From Octopus bimaculoides (taxonomy: Eukaryota): DNA of 38,550 bases. How positions within the stretch are numbered: the first letter of the stretch is position 1; each line of letters begins with the position of its first letter. The notes beneath the pieces were generated by a model, which made no database searches, was not told the origin of the DNA, and saw nothing but the letters and a program-made list of their open reading frames with translations. The DNA is taken from positions 51,541,864 to 51,580,413 of the forward strand of contig NC_068990.1 in NCBI RefSeq assembly GCF_001194135.2, read 5' to 3'. Shown here one piece after another: positions 10,901 through 20,467 of this stretch. The position numbers and the translations under genes were made by a program.

Positions 10901-13385
10901 GGTTTCCGAACCGAAGCAGATGTGTGCGGCCTTTCAGCACTACTTTACTCGACTGTTCGGGACGAGCGGTGGGACGGACAACGGGACAGACTTCGGTATG
11001 TACCTTGACGGCCTGCCGCGACTCTCGGCGAATGAAGCAGAGTGCTGCGAAAGACCGATAACTGCCTGGGAAGTAGAGGAAGCGATGAAAAGCTACACAA
11101 GAGGTAGATCGCCGGGTTTGGATGGTCTGCCCTACGAGCTTTACACTTCAATGCCANNNNNNNNNNNNNNNNNNNNNNNNNNNNNNNNNNNNNNNNNNNN
11201 NNNNNNNNNNNNNNNNNNNNNNNNNNNNNNNNNNNNNNNNNNNNNNNNNNNNNNNNNNNNNNNNNNNNNNNNNNNNNNNNNNNNNNNNNNNNNNNNNNNN
11301 NNNNNNNNNNNNNNNNNNNNNNNNNNNNNNNNNNNNNNNNNNNNNNNNNNNNNNNNNNNNNNNNNNNNNNNNNNNNNNNNNNNNNNNNNNNNNNNNNNNN
11401 NNNNNNNNNNNNNNNNNNNNNNNNNNNNNNNNNNNNNNNNNNNNNNNNNNNNNNNNNNNNNNNNNNNNNNNNNNNNNNNNNNNNNNNNNNNNNNNNNNNN
11501 NNNNNNNNNNNNNNNNNNNNNNNNNNNNNNNNNNNNNNNNNNNNNNNNNNNNNNNNNNNNNNNNNNNNNNNNNNNNNNNNNNNNNNNNNNNNNNNNNNNN
11601 NNNNNNNNNNNNNNNNNNNNNNNNNNNNNNNNNNNNNNNNNNNNNNNNNNNNNNNNNNNNNNNNNNNNNNNNNNNNNNNNNNNNNNNNNNNNNNNNNNNN
11701 NNNNNNNNNNNNNNNNNNNNNNNNNNNNNNNNNNNNNNNNNNNNNNNNNNNNNNNNNNNNNNNNNNNNNNNNNNNNNNNNNNNNNNNNNNNNNNNNNNNN
11801 NNNNNNNNNNNNNNNNNNNNNNNNNNNNNNNNNNNNNNNNNNNNNNNNNNNNNNNNNNNNNNNNNNNNNNNNNNNNNNNNNNNNNNNNNNNNNNNNNNNN
11901 NNNNNNNNNNNNNNNNNNNNNNNNNNNNNNNNNNNNNNNNNNNNNNNNNNNNNNNNNNNNNNNNNNNNNNNNNNNNNNNNNNNNNNNNNNNNNNNNNNNN
12001 NNNNNNNNNNNNNNNNNNNNNNNNNNNNNNNNNNNNNNNNNNNNNNNNNNNNNNNNNNNNNNNNNNNNNNNNNNNNNNNNNNNNNNNNNNNNNNNNNNNN
12101 NNNNNNNNNNNNNNNNNNNNNNNNNNNNNNNNNNNNNNNNNCGAGGTGGCGAATGCGTACATCGCATCCGTCATGTATTACTGCTTCACCGTCGTCCTTT
12201 GTCCCGACCGCTGGTTGGCCAAGCTGCTGCACTTGCTCTTCCACTTTATGAGGAAGGGTCAGGTACCATTGGCCAGGCGCTCTATCTACTGTCAACAGCC
12301 GCTGAACGGAGGCCTTGGCATACCGTGGTTTCTGATGCGCAGACATGCGCTTAGGCTACGGCATCTCAAGCGTTTCCTTCACGATGAGCAGTTGTGATCG
12401 CCGTTCCTCAAACTCTCCTTTCCACAGCTCGTCTCTTTAACCGAGCTGCAATCTTAGATCAAACGTAGACCGAGAAAGGGCGCTTGGCACCTCGAGTGCC
12501 GTCAAGCTCTCACCGCCCTCCGCCAGGCGAGCAATGCGATCGGTAGTAGTTCCACTCTAGCGTTCTATAGAGGGTTAGTGCAGGAAAAGTACGATAGCGT
12601 TCTCGGGGAAACTCTAGTCGTCGACGATGACCAGCTAAGCAGTCTGTTTGGGAGAACTTTCGGGCCTGGGCCCATAGATAACTTCCAAAAGCCCCGCGCC
12701 TGGCAGTGCTGCCGAGGAGTGGTACCTGTTCGGGAAAAACTTTACAGTCAGAGCGACGAAACCGTTCTGCACGGACTTGTCCAGTGCCCGAGTATTGCTG
12801 ACCTGTGCGTTTATGTCGAACAGCTACTGTCGCGTGTAGGACGGATCCGGCTATCAGCTGAATCCAAAGCGAAGATTGCTCTGCCAACCTTCTCTAACCG
12901 GGAGGGCAAGGCAATTTTCATTTGTCTAGTGGCTGTAGTAAAAGAGGTAGTATAGTGGACCCGTTCGAAAGGGCTAAAGTCAGATACTTACCTCTTTGGC
13001 CAAGGCCTCAGCAACTTTTTCAAGTTTTGAACAGGAAGTTGAGAGTAGATAGAGAAGTGTTGACTTGTAGCAAATTTGTTGAAAGGTGGGTGAATGTCGG
13101 AAGAATGGCCAGTATGGATGGACCAATTCTGAGGATACACCTGTAAAAAAAGGTATAGAACGGAGAAAAGGCCCTCGCCCTGTTTGACCAGGCACCCGTG
13201 GCTTTTACGGGTTTTTCCACCAGTAACCTTCAAAGCGCCTTCCCCTTTTGGGAGTTCTTTTGTGATAATGTTTACACGGACTTTTCTATTTGCCATATCC
13301 TTTGTTTTATCGTCCTGTGTTTGTCCTTTCATGTTTTTTTAAATTTTATATTATCCCTTGTAGCCAATAAAACAAGAATTAATTA
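7950..13385 (+). mobile_element. Tx1-clade LINE copy 2, near full length and decayed; RT core hidden by a 985-N gap (11157-12141)
   Basis: ORF1 remnant GKRFGTVDVRFPNEKDAKQYS...IKIEQVPPE is homologous to copy 1. ORF2 starts at ATG 9798 (MVVLRIGSINVRGL...ISEIR), with YLDRV, SPGYWKLN and GRSPGLDGLPYELY; the C-terminus ends near 13146. T-rich 3' UTR, AATAAA at 13366-13371, then a microsatellite tail. Confidence 0.88.
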
Positions 13386-13389
13386 TTTT

Positions 13390-13450
13390 CATTATTATTA
13401 TTGTTGTTGTTGTTGTTTGTTTGTTTGTTTGTTTGTTTGTATGTTTGTTT
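13390..13450. repeat. (ATT)n/(GTT)n/(TTTG)n microsatellite shared by two converging LINE 3' ends
   Basis: Direct reading; lies between the Tx1 copy 2 3' end (+) and an R4-type 3' end (-). Confidence 0.9.
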
Positions 13451-13451
13451 A

Positions 13452-13745
13452 AAACTGTGAGTTGAATTTACTGGGTACGATGCAAAGTGTCAGCCTTCCA
13501 CAATCAGCAGACTAAGGTAACACTTGTTTACTGATCATACTTCAAGAACCCTGCAGAGAATTGTTGCAGTTACAAGCAATGATAATTTTTGTAGGTGTTC
13601 TATCTACACATTTGCACAAATCTGTTTGAGCCATGTTGGTAGTTGAATGCTGATATTTCCAAGAGCGCTAATCATGTCCACTCTTTTCATTGGCTGCAAC
13701 CTGCGTATTTCTCACTTCAAATCGTCATAGAGGTTCAGTTTTTCT
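13452..13745 (-). mobile_element. Dong/R4-type (RLE) LINE, extreme 3' fragment
   Basis: Minus-strand translation DLK*EIRRLQPMKRVDMISALGNISIQLPTWLKQICANV*IEHLQKLSLLVTATILCRVLEV* resembles the RLE C-terminus (DL..EI.R.W...V.IGALG...HLQK..LLGTA.ILR.VL). A short UTR leads into the microsatellite. Confidence 0.7.
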
Positions 13746-13787
13746 CCTTTCTCCTTAATCCTGTTGTCATTGGGTTATGCTATATCG

Positions 13788-13789
<2 letters not shown>

Positions 13790-13864
<75 letters not shown>

Positions 13865-13885
13865 TATTATTGTTGTTGTTGTTTT
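13790..13885. repeat. (ATT)n microsatellite, tail or target of the adjacent R4-type element
   Basis: Direct reading. Confidence 0.95.
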
Positions 13886-14600
13886 CTTCTTTCTTCAAAT
13901 TTTCTTCCATTTCTCGCCGACTGTTTTCCGTACTGCTAGGGCTGAGAAGCTCATTGTATGCATTCCCAGTTTACACACGCAAATTCACAGGTAAAAAAAT
14001 GTATATAAAAAAATCAATAAATAAATAAATTCATAAATAGGTGTTGGTTTCACAGCGACAATGCTTTCTCAGTACATGAGTCGTTCTAGTTAACACGATT
14101 TTTTGCACTTCCTGTTGGAATGGTAAGCCTGGTATCATTTTCAAATAGGTTTCAGTACCTTTTTTTATCATTCCTAGGGATCCTACAATCACTGGTACGG
14201 TGGTCGCCATGAGATACCAAATTTTTCCATTTCTATTGGCAAGTCTTTATATTTACTGATCTTGTCAAATTCTTTCGCCACTATATTGTGATCGCAAGGA
14301 ATACTCATGTCAATTAATAAACACGCCTTTTTTGTCTAATCTTTTATAATAATATCCGGTTTATTAGCTTTTATAGTTTTGTCGGTATGTACGGGGAAGT
14401 CCCAGAGAATCGATACATTTTCTCCCTCAGTCACAGCTTCAGGATGGTGTTTATACCATTTGTCAGTGGTTTTGATTTTATAATGCCGACATATTGTCCA
14501 GTGTAAATATGTGGAGATTTATACTTGCTAATCCGCTACTTTTGGTGTTGAACATTGTCCTAAAAGGCCCATTTTTCATCACCTGTTATGATATTATTAA
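13886..14600 (-). mobile_element. Dong/R4-type LINE 3' fragment with restriction-like endonuclease
   Basis: Minus strand gives YLHWTICRHYKIKTTDKWYKHHPEAVTEGENVSILWDFPVHTDKTIKANKPDIIIKD*...LIDMSIP.D.N...KEFDKISKYKDL...VPVIVGSLG...RKALSL*, with the stop at 14050-14052. The 3' UTR runs into (TAA)n. Confidence 0.85.
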
Positions 14601-15169
14601 GAAGCAGTTAATTTCACTGCCTTGACAACACAAGTCGAACATCAAATGTTAACATACTCCGCTCAATTGTGGATTGGAATGTGTTGAAGTCAATTGCTAA
14701 TTACCGAGTATTTTTACGAGGATTGAATTCCACTAAATCTCATAAGGTTTCTTGATCGAAATCTGATAAGCGTTATGGTCTGAGTTGTCTCTCTTAGACA
14801 AATCTCCGGAACGAAATGTTGAAAACCAATTTCGCACTGGTTTTCCAATTTCGTAATGACAACTTTGCCATAAACACTGCATATCTTCTTAGCTGTTTCT
14901 GTTGCGTTTTTTTTTTTTTTCCATTCTTAAACTCCCGCAATATCGTATGTCAAATATACACTTTCAGTTTATCCATTTTAGGGGAGTGGAATTTAATATT
15001 AAACTATGATGTGCACACTTTCACTGCTTAAGTATGAATGATATATGAGGATCTTTTAAAAGCGATAGCTTCTATTTCAATTTTAAACACCTGAAGTTCG
15101 AAATGCATCGTTACAATTTACTGCCAAAAAATAGAAATTATTTATCACAATATTTTCCAGCTTCCTTAA

Positions 15170-16457
15170 CCCCATACAACGGATTCTTTTATCAAGCAAC
15201 TAGGTTGCATTTACGGTAATCATCTCGGCTGAGATCAGCAATTAGCACACGACAATAGTTTGGCGTATATTTACATCAACCGCCTTAACCAGTTTACGGC
15301 ACTGATTCATTCCTGTTGCCTGCGCGCGGCAACGGTAATTTCGCTGATTGAGGTCAGCACTCGGTGCGAGATAACGTTCGGCGTATATTTACGTCAACCG
15401 CTTTAGTGCAAGTACTGTTTATTTACCTAAACTATATCATGCGGTATTATTCCTGAATAAGATCACTCAACAGCACAAGTCAGATCAATTTCACGTGAAT
15501 TCAAAAATTGATTTTAGTGTGATAGAGTTCAAAATAGGGTACCACACACAGTGGCATATCACATTGTGAACAATGATATCTAGTTTCCTTACGTTTCGCT
15601 TTTGCTTTACATACTGTGCATCTCTTTGAAGCATTTGTCTTCTTGGCGGTGGTGGGGACAGTCGTGGAAAATGTCCACGTCCCTTCACCATGCGGTGAGG
15701 AGAGAGTCCGGTGTGTGGGACCTCCACGCGTTCTGTGCTTTGGCAGGTCTGATGCTTCTATCATTTCACAGAACAATAGATTCCTGAATGTCAGTCCATC
15801 CCCTACAACGCCAAGCATCTGCCAAATCAAATGTGAGTTCACCACACACGTTTCAACTATATACAAGAAAATATTTTTGTACCATTTCACAAATTTTCTC
15901 ACAAATTTTCTCACCGATATGTGTGTCGTCACCAGCTGATCTAAGTGATCGATTCCGCCCATCTCTTCCTTTTATGAAACAACTACACTCGATTTCATTA
16001 TGGCATTACTGTCTGCTTCTTGTTTCCTAATGTCCTTCATGCTCGAAGAATGCATTGTGGATAACATGCAGAGGTTTTTCTTGTTGCGCCACACTAAAAT
16101 GAGAATGCCACTATCGGTGCATCGGTACGCTGTTTCCCCCTTTCGAAGTTTTATCTTGTGAAGATCGGGTGGCATGTTTTTCTTGTGCGTCCTCACAGTC
16201 CCCCAAGCATTAGTACTCCTCACTGCAGGAAGAGGTCTGGACTGGAAAGCCAGTTGTCCATATAAATATTGTAGCTTTTGTCAAACAAGTTTTCATTCAG
16301 CGACAACACGATATCAGTTGACGATAGAGTAGACACTAAGAGATCCAATCTGTCCTGAGAAGTAAATTTTGTAATTCTACGTGTGCCCACATGCTCTGCC
16401 GGTTGACTGGCATACTTTATAGACTTTGACTCCAAAGCGAGTACGTTTGGTCGGGAA
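15170..16457 (-). mobile_element. piggyBac transposon: 3' half of transposase pseudogene plus probable right end
   Basis: PTKRTRFGVKVYKVCQSTG, NIYMDNWLSSPDLF, MLSTMH, MGGIDHLDQ, KWYKNIF, and the C-terminal Cys-rich domain CTVC...ETRYHCSQCDMPLC. TTAA at 15166-15169 is followed by CCC as a candidate terminus. The 5' half is missing. Confidence 0.88.
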
Positions 16458-17515
16458 TATCTAAGTGAATTCCAAATACAACAAATTTCACAATTAGACT
16501 TACTAGAAACAAGCACAGAAAAAGCTAACCGTACGAAAACTCGTGTTAAAACTGCTGCCTTAGATATTTTTACGAATAAATGGCAAGAAAAACCTCTCAA
16601 TATCCAATACCCAAAGAGAGCTAATAGTACCGATGTTGACAAAGCCCTTACCCATCAATGGCTCATGGCTTCTGGCTTCTGGCTAAAAATTAGAAACAGA
16701 AGTGTTTATCATAGCAGCAAAAGATCAATGCCTACCTACAAGAAACTACCAGGCCAACATATTAAAGAACGTCAGCTGTCCAACATGTCCTGTTTGTCAA
16801 CAACAAAATGAAACCATTGATCATTTTGTCTTCATGTGCAGTCTTCTTACGCCTACAAAGTATTTCAACAAGCATGATGGAGCAGTACAATATATTCACT
16901 GGGTAATTTGAAAAAAACTGGACCTGTCCCATGATAAAAACTGGTGGGAACACAAACCGCCTCTTGTGCTTGAAAATGATCACATCTCACTCCTCTGGAA
17001 CTTCAGCATTCAAACTGACAGAAAGAACAATGCGAATAGGCCACACATTACATTGAAAGATTTCAGGCAAAAATCATACCTCCTCATTGATATGACTGTC
17101 CCACTCGACATAAATCTCTCTGTCAAGACCTACCAAAAACTGAGCAATTATAAAGATCTTGAAATAGAAATTAGCAAAATGTGGAACCTCAAGACTAACT
17201 GCTGTCATTGGTGCAATAGGAATGATAGCAAAAGGGGCTGATTTCTACCTAGTTCAGATATCAAGAAATCCCAAAATGGCAGAAATTCAAAAGACATTGC
17301 TCATGGGAACTGCCCATATCCTACGTAAAATACTGTCTATGTAAACTCAAATTTTAAAACAAACTCATAATTTTCTTGGTTTTTAAACATTCTCTAGAAC
17401 AATACTACGTACAAAACCAATTATATGACACCCTAGGCATAACACCAACATGAACTTCTAACTTGCTGTCTCTTGAGGTTTCTGGGTGAGACTTGGAGCC
17501 AACATATAATAATAA
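16458..17515 (+). mobile_element. Dong/R4-type LINE 3' fragment (CCHC finger, RLE endonuclease, 3' UTR)
   Basis: THQWL, IIAAKDQCLPTRNY, CPVCQQQNETIDHFVFMC, LLWNFSIQTDRKNNANRPHI...LLIDMTVPLDINL...KLSNYKDLEIEISKMW. The UTR ends CATATAATAATAA and matches the reverse complement of 29695-29900. Confidence 0.9.
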
Positions 17516-17519
17516 ATTT

Positions 17520-17617
17520 TAGAAGAAGAAGAAGAAGAAGAAGAAGAAGAAGAAGAAGAAGAAGAAGAAGAAGAAGAAGAAGAAGAAGAAGAAGGAGGAG
17601 GGGAGGGGGAGGAGGGA
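17520..17617. repeat. (GAA)n tract grading into a G-rich polypurine run
   Basis: Direct reading. Confidence 0.95.
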
Positions 17618-17689
17618 AATAATATTTATCTTTTGTGTTTACCAAAAGTTAACCTTAGATGCCAATAACCCTCCTACTGGGTTACAGCA

Positions 17690-18680
17690 AGTAACCTTAG
17701 AAGATCTGTAGCTTCTAGAACAAAATTATCTGCCAAGTCGTCTTTATATGCAAAAAATATGATCCAAGAAAAAAATGGAGAAAGCTTTAATAATGTGGAT
17801 AGAAGAAAACAATAAAAAAAGGATACCAATAGATGGTAAAAACCATAAAACAGATGGCATTACGATTTTACAAGAAGATAAATGATATGGAGTCATCAAG
17901 TGTGTTACATCTGTCTAGTGATGAAAAGAAGAATGAATTTGCTGCAAGTACGGGATGGCTTACAAAAGACACGTACTGCATAATATAAAAATAAGAAGTG
18001 AAATTTCATCGGTAGATAAGACTGCTGCTGAAGAATTTCTTCCAAAACTAGCCAAAATAATTGAAAAAAGCAGTTATATTTCAGACCAAGTTTTCAACGC
18101 AGATGAAACTGGTCTCTTTTGGGTAAAAATGCCAACCGGTATGTATATAGCAAAATCAGAGAAAAGTGCCAGTGAGTTTAAGGCAGTTAAAGACTGTGTA
18201 ATTTTCTTGTTATGTAGCAACGCTTTAGGAGATTGTTTCTTTAAAACGTTATTAATTAATCAATCGATCGATTCGTCCGCGTGTAACTTAAGTAAATTAC
18301 TAGTTTATTAGAGAGCCAATAAAAAAATCATGGATGACAGCAGAAATATTTACTGAATAGTTTAACAATTGCTTCGTTCCTGAAGTAAGAAGATAGATGG
18401 AAGATAAAGGTCTTGAGTTCAAAGTCCTTTTACTCATAGATAATGCACTCGGACATCTAGATTTGGAACACCCGAATATAAAAGTCGTAATTTTGCCACC
18501 TAATACAACATCGCGGATTCAACCTCTTGATCAAGGTATAATTTCAACATTCAAATCATATTATAGCCAGCGAACATTTGAATATACTATAGATGAACAA
18601 GAAAAAAGATGGTATACTTTCAATCATTCAAGCATGGAAAACATTTACTATAATTAATTGTGTTAAATATGCTGCTCTGT
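17690..18680 (+). mobile_element. Tigger/pogo (TIGD1-like) transposase pseudogene fragment
   Basis: CENP-B-type HTH (KMEKALIMWIEE...IPIDG...FAASTGWL), DQVFNADETGLFW, LLLIDNALGH...LPPNTTSRIQPLDQGII (DD29D spacing by manual count). Several stops and frameshifts; truncated by the PLE at about 18680. No TIRs found. Confidence 0.9.
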
Positions 18681-18714
18681 TTGACGGATATTTGTCCTCG
18701 TCTTGTTTGTTGTT

Positions 18715-18760
18715 AACACAACGTTTCGGTTGATATACCCTCCAGCCTTCATCAGGTGTC
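18715..18760 (-). ncRNA. Minimal type-I hammerhead ribozyme motif (PLE-type)
   Basis: Minus strand reads GACAC-CTGATGA-A-GGCTG-GAGGGTATAT-CAACC-GAAA-CG-TT-GTGTT. Stem I is ACAC/GTGT, the CUGAUGA and GAAA cores are intact, stem II has one C-A mismatch, and stem III is the palindrome AACGTT. Confidence 0.82.
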
Positions 18761-18774
18761 TTGGAGAAATTTCA

Positions 18775-18848
18775 GGTCACTGCCTGGAATCGAACTCGGA
18801 GTTTTGGGGTTAAGTAGCCCGCGCTCTTAAACACTAAGCCATATGCCC
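18775..18848 (-). ncRNA. tRNA-derived segment (degenerate, not a functional tRNA)
   Basis: GGGCATATGGCTTAGTGTTTAAGAGCGCGGGCTACTTAACCCCAAAACTCCGAGTTCGATTCCAGGCAGTGACC has an A-box-like TGGCTTAGTG, D stem GCT/AGC and B box GTTCGATTCC. Acceptor and T stems are mismatched. Confidence 0.72.
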
Positions 18849-20066
18849 GTGGTTAATTATGGAGTGAATTTTAGGGCTTATAAATCTAATATTCTCCTAT
18901 CCTTCCTTAATACCGGTTCCCATATGCTGTTCATATCTGCACTCGGTCTGCTTAGGATGTTGTTTTGTCCTAGCATATGTGCTACTTCTTTTAGTTTTCG
19001 TATTTTCCAGTGGTGTTCTTTGTCTATTATTTTAACTTCATCCCACAGGAGGAGGTGGTCTCCATTTTTCCATACATGATCAGCTATACCCGATTTATCA
19101 ATATCTCCCCGTGTCACAGTTTTGCGATGTTCCCCTACCCTTATTTTGAGGGGGTGACATGTTTCACCTTTTTATAACCTATCACAGCTGCATGGGATCA
19201 AGTACACGCAGTTCTTGGTCATATTCTCTTCTAAAGAAACAAAGCTGGAGTTCACAGAAGTCTAAACCGCCTTATGGATTTATGAGAACTCAGCGACGCC
19301 CCCTAACAGCATATTGGAACTGTGACGAGTAGCACTATGCAAATTATTGTCCGTACAAGAAGGAAAAATATCTCAGATGCCACAATTATGGATATAAAAA
19401 TAGCTATTGCTGTAGTCTAGGTCATTCCAGTAACACAGTAAAAGTCATTGAATCCGATTCAACCATAGAAAGTACTATTTCGAATGGAGTCTACGCTACA
19501 TTTAGAGGTGAAATCACTTCAAAAAGGAAGCATATTACTGTGCAGATAGATGGATATTGTATATGCCTACAGTATCTGATGTTACCATCATTTCTGAAGA
19601 AACATAACTCAAAATCGATCAGCAATTTTATCGACTAAACAAAAAGCCAGGAATGCTTCCAATCAGCCATAGGTTATCAAAGGAAAAATATGTTTCTATT
19701 CACACAGAGACTCGATTCTGATTCATTCGGGATTCTACTACATTACTGAGAATTTTTACCTGGACATGCTCGGAAAAGCTTGGATTGAGAAATTTGGATT
19801 ATGGAATATACCACTAAGTAAAGTAATACATACCATTTTAACTAGGACTGGCAGTGTTGATGTTGAACATTTTACATACACAAACCATATTGGAATTTTC
19901 AGCAAGAATTCAAGCCAATTTTCACAGTTGACTTAGAATTATGATCAAAAGCTCAAAATTTATTGCATCTTTGTATCTTAAACCAAATGCCAGACCTGTT
20001 TTCAAGCCGAAGCCTCTCATTACTGCAAGTTGAAAACAAGCTGGATAGATTACAAAATTTGAATGT

Positions 20067-20467
20067 AGGCGTAGGAGTGGCTGCGTGGTAAGTAGTTTGC
20101 TTACCAACCACATGGTTCCTGGTTCAGTCCCACTGCGTAGCATCTTGGGCAAGTGTCTTCTACTATAGTCTCGAGCCGACCAAAGTCTTGTGAGTGGATT
20201 TGGTAGACGGAAACTGAAAGAAGCCCGTCGTATATATATATGCGTGTGTATATGTTTGTGTGTCTGTATTTGTTCCCACCAACATCGCTTGACAACCGAT
20301 ACTGGTGTGTTTACGTCCCCGTAACTTAGCGGTTCGGCAACTGAGACCGATAGAATAAGTACTAGGCTTCCAAAGAATAAGTTCTGGGGTCGATTTGCTC
20401 AACTAAAGGCGGTGCTCCAGCATGTCCACAGTCAAATGACTGAAACGTGTAAAAGAGTAAAAGAGAG
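20067..20467 (+). mobile_element. Full-length tRNA-derived SINE (family A) inserted into Gypsy pol
   Basis: Head AGGCGTAGGAGTGGCTGCGTGGTAAG...GGTTCAGTCCC, central (TA)/(TG) tract, 3' part ...AAAGGCGGTGCTCCAGCATG...AAAAGAGTAAAAGAG. Homologous to 24002-24164, 24763-24928 and 23869-23978. Confidence 0.88.

Larger units (their letters stand above)
18681..19270 (-). mobile_element. Penelope-like element 3' end: GIY-YIG endonuclease, 3' UTR with tRNA-like module and hammerhead
   Basis: NMTKNCVYLIPCSCDRL*KGETCHPLKIRVGEHRK...SGIADHVW...WDEVKIIDKE..WKIRKLKE is a C-terminal PLE GIY-YIG with the CCHH pattern. Stop codon at 18878-18880. Confidence 0.9.

Noticed and set aside
10845-12354. ORFs of 339-468 aa in the track, and similar ones at 23795-24932 and 36660-37176
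   Set aside because: They are mostly translated N runs.
15166-15402. CRISPR-like or regularly spaced array
   Set aside because: Only two diverged units, in a eukaryotic transposon end, with no repeat-spacer series.
17594-17617. Potential G-quadruplex or triplex in the purine tract
   Set aside because: A by-product of (GAA)n drifting to (GGA)n, with no context suggesting function.
18775-18848. Functional tRNA gene
   Set aside because: Acceptor and T stems are mismatched and the anticodon loop is irregular; kept only as tRNA-derived.
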